Shown here: one piece after another, positions 7,910-18,400 of the stretch
Numbering within the stretch: the stretch's first letter is position 1
Layout: the number at the start of each line of letters is the position of its first letter
IMG/VR virus record: IMGVR_UViG_3300048599_000737
Location: 1-64,000 of that record
From: a virus
Taxonomy: Duplodnaviria > Caudoviricetes
Strand: one strand, 5' to 3'
Length of the DNA: 64,000 nt
Notes under the pieces: generated by a model
The model's input: the letters and a program-made list of their open reading frames with translations, nothing else
The model's database searches: none
What the model was told of the DNA's origin: nothing
Made by a program: the position numbers and the translations under genes

Positions 7910-9829
7910 ATGAAATCGAGAGGACGATGGGAATTGAGGACCGGCGGTTTGCCAACCGCCGAAGGCTTCACCTCTCGTCCCATAGCGATTGTCGTGCTTG
8001 TCATAGGCATTTCGCTCTTCTACAGCCCTGCTGCCAAAGCAGAACTGCCAGGCGAAGGTTCGTATCTTTCCCCTGTTGTCCTGGCTGCCACGCCTAATGC
8101 AAAGGAGGTGTTTGTTGGATGCGCAACCGCCAATTGCGTGCTGTGTATTAATGCGGGTGACCACAGTAAAGTGGCAACAATCCCCGTTCCCGCTCGGCCC
8201 CTTGGTTTGGTCACCTCAGCGGATGGTAGCCAGTGCTATGTCACGTGTGCGGCGCCGGAAAGCAAAGTCATCGTGATTGAAATCGCCACCCATAAAATCG
8301 TTAACACTATTCCTGCTGGCCACACTGCCATGTCCCCAGTCCTCAGTCCTGATGGAATGACCCTCTTTGTCTGTAACCGATTCAACAACGACGTAAGTGA
8401 AATTGACCTGAATACAGGAGTGGAGGTCCGTCGAATCCCTGTTAAACGAGAGCCGACGGCGGCAACTCTCACCAAGGACGGAAAAATGCTGCTGGTCTCC
8501 AACCATCTGCCTGACGGTCGCGCGGATGCAGACTATGTGGCCGCATGCGTCAGCGTTGTTGATGTGGACGCGGGTTCTGTCATCAAGGAGCTGCGGTTGC
8601 CTAATGGCAGCACGGAAGTGAACGATATAAAGGTGTCTCCGGACGGCAAATACGCCGTCCTCACGCATATCGTAGCGGGCTTTAACCGGCCCTCCACGCA
8701 CATCTTTCGAGGATGGATGAATGCCAATGCCCTGACAGTCATTGATGTTCAGAAGCTCGAAGTTCGCAATACCGTTCTCCTGGATTCCTTTGCGAGCGGT
8801 GCCGCCAATCCGTGGGGCGTGGCCTGGACCAAGGATAGTGGCACTCTGATTGTAACGCACGCGGGCACTCATGATTTGAGCATTATTGATTTTCCGGCTT
8901 TGCTCGCCGAATCAAAGCCCATTAAAGAGACGCAGCCGAGCACCTCGGCTTCGTCCTTTCCCTACCCCGACCAGCAAGCGAATCCGATCCCGTTTCTGGC
9001 CGGATGCCGCCAAAGAATCCGGCTGCCTATAGGTGATAAGGGACCTAGGTCTGTGATAATCGTCGGAAACAGCGTGTTCGTAGCCAATTACTTCAGTGAC
9101 ACCTTGGCAGCTTTCGACTTGGGGACGGCAAAGCTCCAATCGCTTGCCCTAGCTCCAAAGACCGCCATAACCGTCACCCGGAAGGGAGAGTTCTACTTTC
9201 ACGATGCGAGCCTATGTTTGCAGGGCTGGCAAAGCTGCGCTTCCTGCCACCCGAACGGAGCTCGCGCCGATGGACTGAATTGGGACTTATTGAACGACGG
9301 CGTTGGAAATCCGAAGAACACGAAAAGCCTGCTCTTTGCGCACCAGACTGGGCCGGCCATGAGCCTTGGTGTGCGCAAGGACGCTCGCGAAGCAGTCCGA
9401 TCCGGGATCAAATACATACTATTCTCAGACCAACCGGAAGACGTGGCCCATGCAATCGATGCTTATCTGGCCTCCTTGAAGCCAGAGCCCAGCCCTTATC
9501 TTGAGCATGGAATCTTTGCTAAGGAGGCTTTGCGTGGCAAGCAGGTCTTTGTCCGTGCTGGCTGCCAGGAATGCCATCCGCAGGGGCTTTTCACAGACGG
9601 CCTGCCACATGACGTTGGGACGCTGGCTGCTTTTGACAACGCAACCAATCGCTTTTACACACCGACTTTAGTCGAGCTATGGCGCACAGCTCCATATTTC
9701 CACGATGGCTCGGCTGTTACAGTAAAGGAGGTTGTGACGACTCGAAATTCCCACGACCAGCATGGGATGACATCCGATCTCTCAGAAGCCGACCTAAATG
9801 CGCTTTGCCAGTATTTGTTATCACTTTGA
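7910..9829 (+). CDS. Exported YVTN/YncE beta-propeller plus di-haem cytochrome c (peroxidase-like) protein
   Basis: Hydrophobic leader, SPDG propeller repeats, two CxxCH motifs (CASCH, CQECH), TAPYFHDGS; start trimmed to ATG 7910. Confidence 0.85.
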   Translation: MKSRGRWELRTGGLPTAEGFTSRPIAIVVLVIGISLFYSPAAKAELPGEGSYLSPVVLAATPNAKEVFVGCATANCVLCINAGDHSKVATIPVPARPLGLVTSADGSQCYVTCAAPESKVIVIEIATHKIVNTIPAGHTAMSPVLSPDGMTLFVCNRFNNDVSEIDLNTGVEVRRIPVKREPTAATLTKDGKMLLVSNHLPDGRADADYVAACVSVVDVDAGSVIKELRLPNGSTEVNDIKVSPDGKYAVLTHIVAGFNRPSTHIFRGWMNANALTVIDVQKLEVRNTVLLDSFASGAANPWGVAWTKDSGTLIVTHAGTHDLSIIDFPALLAESKPIKETQPSTSASSFPYPDQQANPIPFLAGCRQRIRLPIGDKGPRSVIIVGNSVFVANYFSDTLAAFDLGTAKLQSLALAPKTAITVTRKGEFYFHDASLCLQGWQSCASCHPNGARADGLNWDLLNDGVGNPKNTKSLLFAHQTGPAMSLGVRKDAREAVRSGIKYILFSDQPEDVAHAIDAYLASLKPEPSPYLEHGIFAKEALRGKQVFVRAGCQECHPQGLFTDGLPHDVGTLAAFDNATNRFYTPTLVELWRTAPYFHDGSAVTVKEVVTTRNSHDQHGMTSDLSEADLNALCQYLLSL

Positions 9830-9881
9830 ACATTTGAATGTAACACAAACCTTAAACAGGGTGACAGTCAGGAGCGAGACG

Positions 9882-12800
9882 ATGAAACAACTCAATGAAC
9901 GGAGCGTAGCCAAACAGACTATCAAGGTCTTAATGCTTATCTTGTGCCTGTTATGCTTTAACACAACGCAATTGGCGCTGGCCGCGCCCCTTCCACCGCT
10001 GCCCGTTGGACTCGAACCGCCACAATTGACTAACCCGCCGGTGGGGGAAGTGCCTCAGACCCTGGCCTTTTCTGCACAGCCAACCACTGATGAAATCTGC
10101 CAGGCACGGGTGTTTGAAGAGCCTCTGATGACCACAGGCGGTGAAGCCACGCAGGAGGAGAACACGGCACTGGCTGCGGCTCTGCTGGCGTTTGCCAACC
10201 GAACAAACACCGACGATTTCTCTGCATTGACTGCCTATTTGGCGTCCGCATCCAATCAACACTGGCGCTGCTCTTTGCTCTTCTCCCTGGGCCTGGAGTA
10301 CTTCAACACCGGCTATTACTCCAAAGCGATTGAAAGCTGGGAAGAAGCGTGGTCCCTGCTTCAGACGGAATCGGGAGGCCCTTCCAAGCGATTGGCCGAC
10401 CGCACCTTAAGCGAACTGCTAAAGATGCACTCGCGGATTGGCGACTACGACCGCTTGGAGGAACTGCTGCGCAACACCGAGAATCGCACCCTGGCGGGCT
10501 CCTCAACAGAAGGTGTTGCTGGGGCGAAACAGGCGCTTTGGTTGATGCAGAAGCGACCGGGTATGGCCTTTCGCTGCGGTCCGCTTGCTCTAAAAGGCAT
10601 ATGCAGCGTCCTCAAGCCCAAGGTCGATGCCAACCAGATCGTGTTTGCCGCGGAATCCACCCAGAGAGGTTTCTCTCTGGCACAGTTGTCCATTCTCTCG
10701 CAGGACTTGAAGCTGGATTACCAAATGGCACGCCGCGATCCGGGCGCCCCGCTCACTGTCCCTTCAGTGGTGCATTGGGGTGTGGGCCATTATGCCGCGA
10801 TTCTCAAGCAGGAAGACAACCGTTTTCTGGTGGTTGATCCCACCTTCGGCCAGAGCCGCTGGGTTTCCCAAGCTGCTCTTGATGCGGAATCGTCGGGCTA
10901 CTTCCTGGTTTCATCCGGCACCCTGTCAAACGGGTGGCATTCAGTTTCCACAAACGAGGGCAACGCGGTCTGGGGCAAAGGAGTAACGGGTAACAGTGAC
11001 CCGAACAGCACGACGCCCTACGACACAATGTCCGATCCGGAATGCGATTCCCGGGGGATGGCTACCTATAATACCCATTTGCTGCTGGTCAGCCTCCATC
11101 TGGAGGATACGCCGCTCTCATTTGTCCCTCCCCGGGGACCACCCATCGCGCTAACCGTGACCTACAACCAACGCGAAGCCAACCAGCCCGCCAATTTCAC
11201 TTTCTCGAATTTCGGCCACAAGTGGACCTGCAATTGGACGAGCTATATTACCGACAACAGCACCAACGCCAACGCCGATGTGACTTACTACGTGGAGGGG
11301 GGTGGAACCGAGGTGTTCACTTACGACACCACCAACCAGTGCTTCAAAATCCAATGGAGGGATCAGGCGTCGCTTGTAAGGCTCTCAAGCTCGTCCTATC
11401 GGATGACTTTCCCAGACGGCTCACTACGAGTCTTCAGCCAGCCTGACGGAACCATTGGCAACTCAAGGAAGGTGTTCCTGACGCAGGTCATCGACCCGAC
11501 CGGTTACACCAATTTTGTAAACTACGACTCCAAGCTCAGGCTCGCCACAGTGACCGACCCACAGGCCGGGGTGACCAATCTGACGTTCTTTTACAATTCA
11601 GGACAAATTGTCGTTGATCCTTATGTGGTTCAAAAGGTCACCGACCGTTACGGGCGTTCCGCGACATTCGGCTACGGCACCCAGCATTTTCAACTGGAAA
11701 CCATCACCGACACCCTCGGCATCACCTCTCAGGTGGCCTACGCGTCTAGTTTTGTAAAGTCGCTTAAGACCCCGTATGGGACCAGCACGTTCGACTACGG
11801 CGAAAGCGGGGATGTCCGTTGGCTTGAGACCACTGACCCGCAGGGAGAAAAGACCCGGGTGGAGTTCAATCAGTCGGATTCCATTGGTATCCCCAATTCC
11901 GACCCCGGTCCCAAAGTGCCCTATGGCGGCGGCTTTTACACTCGGAACTACATCCTCTTTGGGCGAAACACTTTCTACTGGGACAAGAAGGCCATGCGCG
12001 AGGCCCCTGGCGATTATAGCAAGGCTCGCATTTATCATTGGCTCCACAACAATAATCTGGCCTCGGCGGTGGGTGCCTTGGAAAGCTACAAGGAACCTCT
12101 GGAGAACCGCGTCTGGTTCAACTACAGCGGCCAGGACGGAAGCTACGGAGCGACTATTTACGGAACGCTGAACCTGCCTTCTGTCATCGGACGCGTCTTG
12201 GATGATGGCACATCCCAGTTTTATCAATACCGCCGCAACTCGCTCGGCAAGATCACGAATTCGGTCGATCCGGTCGGACGAAGTCTGTCCTTCATCTACT
12301 CCACGAACCTGATCGATTTATTGGAGGTGCGGCAAACCACCGGAAACAACAATCAGCTCTTAGCGAGTTACACTTACAACACTCAACACCTCCCGCTCAC
12401 CTCAAAAGATGCCTCGGGGCAAACCACCAAGTATTCCTATAATGCCTATGGGCAGGTCACCGGCATTACCAACGCTCTTTCCCAGGTTGTTTCCTTTGCC
12501 TATGGCACTACCGGCAACCTGCTGAGCATAACCGGCCCAAGCAACACGGTCTTTTGTCGCTTTGGATATGACTCTTGCGACCGAGTCTGTGCTATCACGA
12601 ACGTGGACGGTTTTTGGAAAACCATCGATTACGATGTCTTCGACCGGTTGCTGACCAACACCTACCCCGATGGAACGCATGAAGTGTTCACCTATAACCT
12701 GCTTGATCCTCAAGCCTATATAGATCGTGCGGGAAAAGTAACACAGTACACCTTCGACAGTCTTCGCCAGTTGCGGCAGATCACCGAAGCGACAAACTGG

Positions 12801-14963
12801 ATCACGCGTTACGATTGGTGCAACTGCGGCGGACTATCCAGCATCACGGACCCGCTCGGACGCACTACCGAGTGGCTTCACGATATTCAGGGCCGGGTCA
12901 CTGGCAAACGCTTCACCGATGGCAGCTCGGTCTCCTATGGATATGAGCAGACCACCAGCCGGGTGAAAACGTTTACCAACGAGCGCGGACAAGCCCGAAC
13001 TTACTACTGGGGATACGACGACAATCTGGTCGGCGTGGTCTATGCCGATTCTTCGGTTACCCCGAGTGTCATCTACTATTACGACACCAATTTCAACCGG
13101 CTCTCCGCCACTATAGATACCACTGGCACAAACGTATTCGAGTATTATCCAATTGATTCCTCGCCGGTTATTGGCGCAGGACGACTGAAAACCGTTTGGT
13201 TTTCCACCAGGTACGACACGGTAACATACCGGTATGATGCTTTGGGCCGGACTACAAACGTGGTGCTCTCAAACAGCGTGTATGGGTCCGCCCATAACGC
13301 GAATGTCTATCAGGCAGGATACACTTTTGACGGTCTGGGACGTCTCTCTATCCTGACTGCGGGAGACAAGAACGGGGCGTTCTTCTGCGGCACTTACACA
13401 AACACCTACATCGGTGGCTCTTCGCGCATATCCAGGGTGAATTACCTGGCCGGCTATATGTACACCGGCTACAGCTACTATGGAACCAACGGGGATTTCC
13501 GCCTCCAGAGCATCACGAATGCGGCCACCCCCTATCTCACCATCAGTGGCACTGGTACAGCCGGGGCGCAGTTGACGAGATTCACCTATGGCTACGATCC
13601 GGTTGGCAAAATCACCAATATAACGTACCAACTCGGTCTCAAGACCATCACGCCCACGGTCAACACCTACTCTTACGATGCCGTCGGGCAACTGACAAAC
13701 GTTACTTCCACGAGCAACACCACCACCAAGACCTATAGCTACGCTTACGATCTGGCTGGCAATCGCACGATGGAGGTGAATAACGGCAATACTTGGCGGT
13801 CGTGGTACAGCCCGATGAATCAACTTGTTGGCAAAGACAGGGGGATGACCACGAACAGGAGTTTTGTCTGGGACGAGGAGAATCGATTGGTGAGGGTGAC
13901 GAACGGCACCTTTGGCGCACAAATCGTGTATGATTCCTTCGGACGAAAAACGCGGATCACGGAGTACACCAACGGTTATCAGAGCTATCTCCATTGGTAT
14001 ATCTGGGATGGAAATCGGGTTATTCAGGACGCGCACATGAATGCCACCAACAGCATGTGGTGCCATTGGAATTACGGCCCGTGCGTTTACGATGCTTACA
14101 ACTCCCGTGTGCTGGTTAACACTTTTGACCATCTCGGGTCGGTTCGGGAGGTGATTGACTCAGTGGGTTCGCTTGCCGTCCGCTACGATTACGAGCCCTA
14201 TGGGAGGCAACTCACTCTTTATTCAAATTACTTCGGCGGCTATTTGCCAGGTTGGGGATTTTGCGGCCTGTATTCCGTGCCGGGTTACAACCTAGTGTTT
14301 GCCGATAATCGAGCCTACGATCCTGACCTGGGACGCTGGCTTTCACGCGATCCAATTGAAGAGGTAGGGGGCTTAAATCTTTACGAGTATTGCGGTAACG
14401 ATCCCATCAACAAGATGGACCTGGATGGCCTATGTGCTCAACAAGGCTTTATCGGCGGCCCTGGGCAGTTTCGCGACCCAAATACGGGCCAGATTCGGGA
14501 TGGAACAGGCAATGCAATAACGGATCAACTAAACCCATTAAATCCACTGAATTTTAAGGGAAATAGGTCTTTTGGTATAGGTGAAGGAGAGGATGCTTTT
14601 TGGGTTGTTGGTCGGCATGGTGACATGGCCACCCCCAGACCAAGTGGCTACCAATCACATCATGGGGTCAATACCGTATGGGCAGAAGCAAATATTCGTG
14701 GTTATAAGGCCGATCAGGCCCCTGCTGTCTTAATGAGAAACGATCCATATCACAACGCAACTCGGGGAGTCTTCAACCGTTTCCGAAGCGAAATTGCTGC
14801 TAGTCAAGGGGTAAGCGCACGTGATATTGACTGGAGTAAAGTTTCGCCAGGCACCGCTTGGAGACTTGCTGAAGAGCAATTCCATGCCGCCCAAACTCCG
14901 CTAAGCATACGAGAGGAGTACTTTAGGCAATTCAATAAGTATTTAGACACACTGCAACAATAA
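9882..14963 (+). CDS. RHS/YD-repeat polymorphic toxin: signal peptide, C39 peptidase-like domain, DUF6531-like region, RHS core, C-terminal HNH-type (Tox-SHH-like) nuclease
   Basis: CGPLAL/GHY/VVDP triad, YD repeats, RAYDPDLGRWLSRDP...NLYEYCGNDPINKMDLDGL core, tip YQSHHG...PYHNATR. Confidence 0.9.
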   Translation: MKQLNERSVAKQTIKVLMLILCLLCFNTTQLALAAPLPPLPVGLEPPQLTNPPVGEVPQTLAFSAQPTTDEICQARVFEEPLMTTGGEATQEENTALAAALLAFANRTNTDDFSALTAYLASASNQHWRCSLLFSLGLEYFNTGYYSKAIESWEEAWSLLQTESGGPSKRLADRTLSELLKMHSRIGDYDRLEELLRNTENRTLAGSSTEGVAGAKQALWLMQKRPGMAFRCGPLALKGICSVLKPKVDANQIVFAAESTQRGFSLAQLSILSQDLKLDYQMARRDPGAPLTVPSVVHWGVGHYAAILKQEDNRFLVVDPTFGQSRWVSQAALDAESSGYFLVSSGTLSNGWHSVSTNEGNAVWGKGVTGNSDPNSTTPYDTMSDPECDSRGMATYNTHLLLVSLHLEDTPLSFVPPRGPPIALTVTYNQREANQPANFTFSNFGHKWTCNWTSYITDNSTNANADVTYYVEGGGTEVFTYDTTNQCFKIQWRDQASLVRLSSSSYRMTFPDGSLRVFSQPDGTIGNSRKVFLTQVIDPTGYTNFVNYDSKLRLATVTDPQAGVTNLTFFYNSGQIVVDPYVVQKVTDRYGRSATFGYGTQHFQLETITDTLGITSQVAYASSFVKSLKTPYGTSTFDYGESGDVRWLETTDPQGEKTRVEFNQSDSIGIPNSDPGPKVPYGGGFYTRNYILFGRNTFYWDKKAMREAPGDYSKARIYHWLHNNNLASAVGALESYKEPLENRVWFNYSGQDGSYGATIYGTLNLPSVIGRVLDDGTSQFYQYRRNSLGKITNSVDPVGRSLSFIYSTNLIDLLEVRQTTGNNNQLLASYTYNTQHLPLTSKDASGQTTKYSYNAYGQVTGITNALSQVVSFAYGTTGNLLSITGPSNTVFCRFGYDSCDRVCAITNVDGFWKTIDYDVFDRLLTNTYPDGTHEVFTYNLLDPQAYIDRAGKVTQYTFDSLRQLRQITEATNWITRYDWCNCGGLSSITDPLGRTTEWLHDIQGRVTGKRFTDGSSVSYGYEQTTSRVKTFTNERGQARTYYWGYDDNLVGVVYADSSVTPSVIYYYDTNFNRLSATIDTTGTNVFEYYPIDSSPVIGAGRLKTVWFSTRYDTVTYRYDALGRTTNVVLSNSVYGSAHNANVYQAGYTFDGLGRLSILTAGDKNGAFFCGTYTNTYIGGSSRISRVNYLAGYMYTGYSYYGTNGDFRLQSITNAATPYLTISGTGTAGAQLTRFTYGYDPVGKITNITYQLGLKTITPTVNTYSYDAVGQLTNVTSTSNTTTKTYSYAYDLAGNRTMEVNNGNTWRSWYSPMNQLVGKDRGMTTNRSFVWDEENRLVRVTNGTFGAQIVYDSFGRKTRITEYTNGYQSYLHWYIWDGNRVIQDAHMNATNSMWCHWNYGPCVYDAYNSRVLVNTFDHLGSVREVIDSVGSLAVRYDYEPYGRQLTLYSNYFGGYLPGWGFCGLYSVPGYNLVFADNRAYDPDLGRWLSRDPIEEVGGLNLYEYCGNDPINKMDLDGLCAQQGFIGGPGQFRDPNTGQIRDGTGNAITDQLNPLNPLNFKGNRSFGIGEGEDAFWVVGRHGDMATPRPSGYQSHHGVNTVWAEANIRGYKADQAPAVLMRNDPYHNATRGVFNRFRSEIAASQGVSARDIDWSKVSPGTAWRLAEEQFHAAQTPLSIREEYFRQFNKYLDTLQQ

Positions 14964-14968
14964 GCCAT

Positions 14969-15271
14969 ATGCCAAACCTCGATCACAACAAAATCCCATC
15001 CGCTTTAGTTCCATTGATCCCCTTTGCAGTGAAGTGGGGTATCGGCGACGATTATGAGCGGGAGGAAGCAATCACCAAAGCTTCCACCGATGAGCTAGAA
15101 ACTCTTATTCACTCTATTGACACAATAAGTGACAAGGATTTGTTCGGCTGGCTTTCAGGTCCAGAGTCCTACAGTCCAACCCCATCACCGGAATATTTGG
15201 CATTCACTGCTTTAACAATGGCAATAGACCTTGCCAAATTGAGGCTGAGGCAAAAACGTGTAGATAAATGA
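14969..15271 (+). CDS. Probable immunity protein for the RHS toxin
   Basis: 100-aa acidic ORF starting 5 bp after the toxin stop; lower GC shared with the toxin tip. Confidence 0.75.
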   Translation: MPNLDHNKIPSALVPLIPFAVKWGIGDDYEREEAITKASTDELETLIHSIDTISDKDLFGWLSGPESYSPTPSPEYLAFTALTMAIDLAKLRLRQKRVDK

Positions 15272-15469
15272 CTAATTGCAAAACGCATTAATTTGTATTT
15301 GGGGCTTCCCTGGCAGCGCAGCCGTCCGCAACCATGAGTCCTCGTCGAGCGATAAACGCACCGACTCGCAGGCTACGAAGATGAAAGGATACATGTAAGG
15401 CATAATATAGATGCATGGATTCCATGAGTGAGCCTCTCCAAATCCTCGGCATGTTAACCATTTAGCTTT

Positions 15470-18400
15470 ATGAACTCTAAACCATATCGACTACTATTCC
15501 TCCTGGCTTTCTTGTTTAGTTTGAGGCCAGTTTGTGCCCAGATGGCGTTTTACTACGACGCCTCAGGCAATCCCACCAATTGTGTTTACGTCTCAAACGC
15601 CACCTTGACTAGCCTCACGGCGACCAATAATGAAACCATCGTGGCGGGTGACGAATTGTCCCTGGCGGTCTCAGCGTCGGGGTCCGGCCCCATCAGCTAC
15701 CAGTGGCAGCTTAACGGCGTCAACATCGTCGGGGCCACCAACGCGACCTATTTCAAATCCAGCGCATGCACCAGCGACGCTGGCGTTTATACGGTTGTAG
15801 TTACGGGCGCGACCGGCTCGCTGACAAATCAGGCGGGAATGGTGACCATTCTTGCCTCGTCGAACACGCTATACGCGGTTACCTATGGCTTGAATCGTTT
15901 CGTTGCCGTTGGGGCCTCGGGAACCATCGTGGCTTCATCCAATCTGGTCTCCTGGGCGCTCCTAAACTCAGGCACTACCAATGCCCTCTACGGAGTCTGC
16001 TCAGCCAACGCTTCGCTGGTGACCGTCGGCGCTCTCGGAACCGCTCTGACCTCAACGGATGCCACCAACTGGACCAGCCGCGCCACCGGCACAACCAACG
16101 ACCTCAACGCAGTGACCTACGGCAACGGCATCTTCGTTGCCGCCGGCTCGAAAGGTTGCATTTTGACTTCTCCGAACGCGTGTAGTTGGGCAATTCAAAC
16201 CTTTGACAGTCCCACACTGACCAGCATCGTTTATACAAACAGCCTCTTTATCGCGACAGGCACCGGAGGAACGATATGGACCTCCTCCAACGGCACGAAC
16301 TGGTTCGGCCAGGATTTCGACACCACTGAGACTATCAACGCTGTCGGCTATGGTAATGGCAAGTTTGTCGCGGCCGGAACGAGCGGACTGATCCTGACCT
16401 CGTCTGATGGAAGCAACTGGGTGGAGCAGACTAGCGCCACGGCACAGGATCTCAATTCCCTGTTGCCGTTTAACGGAGAGTTGTTCGGCATAGGGCCGGT
16501 TGGACAAAATCTCATTTCATTGGACGGAGCCAACTGGGGAATCAGCGACTCGGGGACATTTGATGTGCTATTTGGCTCAACGGTGGGCAATGGTATTCCG
16601 GTCGCAGTCGGAGAGAATGGCACGGTTATCCAGGTTCCCAACAGTCTGGCCGACCATTTCGCCTGGAGTTACGTTCCATCGCCGCAGCGCACCAACCTGG
16701 CATTTTCGGTCACGCTCACCGCCAAGGACGCGGCGAACAATACCATTTCCAACTACAGTGGATCTGTAACGTTGTCGACCCTAACAGGACAAGTGACCCT
16801 CACCAATTCCATCCTCACCAATGTTGCGCCTGAATATACCAACGCCTCGGCCTACACGGTCGGCTATGCTTTTACGCCCAATTCAGACCTCCTGGTTACC
16901 GCCGTGAAACACTTCGACGTTGCCGACAAGGTTTCTATATGGAAGGAAGATGAAACTCTTCTGGCCAGTGTGAACGTGACCAACCAGCGAAACGCATGGG
17001 TCTCCACCCCGCTATCCGCCCCGCTAACCCTGAAGGCTGGGACGACCTACGTGATCGGCGTGTATAGCAAAACAAACTGTTTCTATAATCTGGATGGCCC
17101 CACATCCTTCGCAGATGGCACAATCGACCAGTCATTCTTAACCGACGAAGACGGCTGTCCGATTTATCCCGAGAGCATTTATTGGTTCCTGGTCGATATA
17201 ACGTATATCGTCCAGCAAAGTTCCTCCAACAGCATATCGCCCACCGTGGTGACGTTATCCAGCGGAACAGCTAACTTCAGCGCCACCGTTCAAAATCCAG
17301 GGAATGGAATCACGATGAGCGCAACCGATTCGGATGGACATGAGGGCACCAGCAATCCGTTCAATGTCTATGGGGCCAACGATTTGGCGGTGACGCTCAC
17401 GGCGACACCTAATCCAGTTGGCGTAAACAGCAACTTAACCTACACGGCGGTTGTGATTAACTCGGGTTCCACCTCTTCCACGGGAGTTTATCTGACCAAC
17501 GTCATTCCTCCCGCCTCGACTTTTCTCCAGGCGACTACGAGTCAGGGAACCTGCCAGTATGCCAATGGAGTTGTGGTGTGCAACGTCGGGAATCTGGCCG
17601 GCCAGGGAAGCGTGACCAATACAATCATTGTGACTCCGGTCGTATCTGGAGTGATGCTGACCAATACCGCTATTGCAGTCCGCAACGAAACGGATTCAAA
17701 CCCGAATAACAACCGGGTATCGCTGGCGACTTACGTCCCACCGACCCTGTCTGTGGGCGACGTTTCAGTAACCGAAGGCAATGTGGGATTGTCCCAAGCC
17801 CACGTGCCTGTGACGTTGTCCGCGCCGAGCGTTCTGGCGGTAAGCTTTACTACCGAAACGTTTGATGGAACAAATGCCAATTCCGCCGTTGCTGGTCAGG
17901 ATTATGTGGCATCGAGCCAGACTTGGGTTTTGACTCCTGGCACTACCAGCGCCTATATCCCCATTTCGATTCAAGGGAACACGACCATAGAGGCCGACAA
18001 GCAGTTTCGAGTCAAGTTGTCAGCCGCTGCCAACGCCACATTGACCCGCGATCAGGCTACCGTGACAATTGTTAATGACGACGGGCTGTCGGGGCAGGTG
18101 TACAACCTCGTCTGGTCAAGCCTCTCATCCCCCCAGGTAACCAACCAGCCGTTTTCAGCCACCATAACTGCTTTGGATGCCAGTGGGGCCACGGCGACCA
18201 GCTTCGCTAGCCAGGTCATGCTAAGCATGATTAATCCAGCGAACGCCACAAACACAGTTGTGGGTGCGTCTTCCCCGACTTCGTCTGGAAACGTGGAACT
18301 CCGAACAGTGGGATACCTCTTCTCGCCTACAAACGACCTTTACGTTACAGGCGCCAGGACCTATGGAGGGACGAAGGTCTCGATATGGACCTCTACCGGC

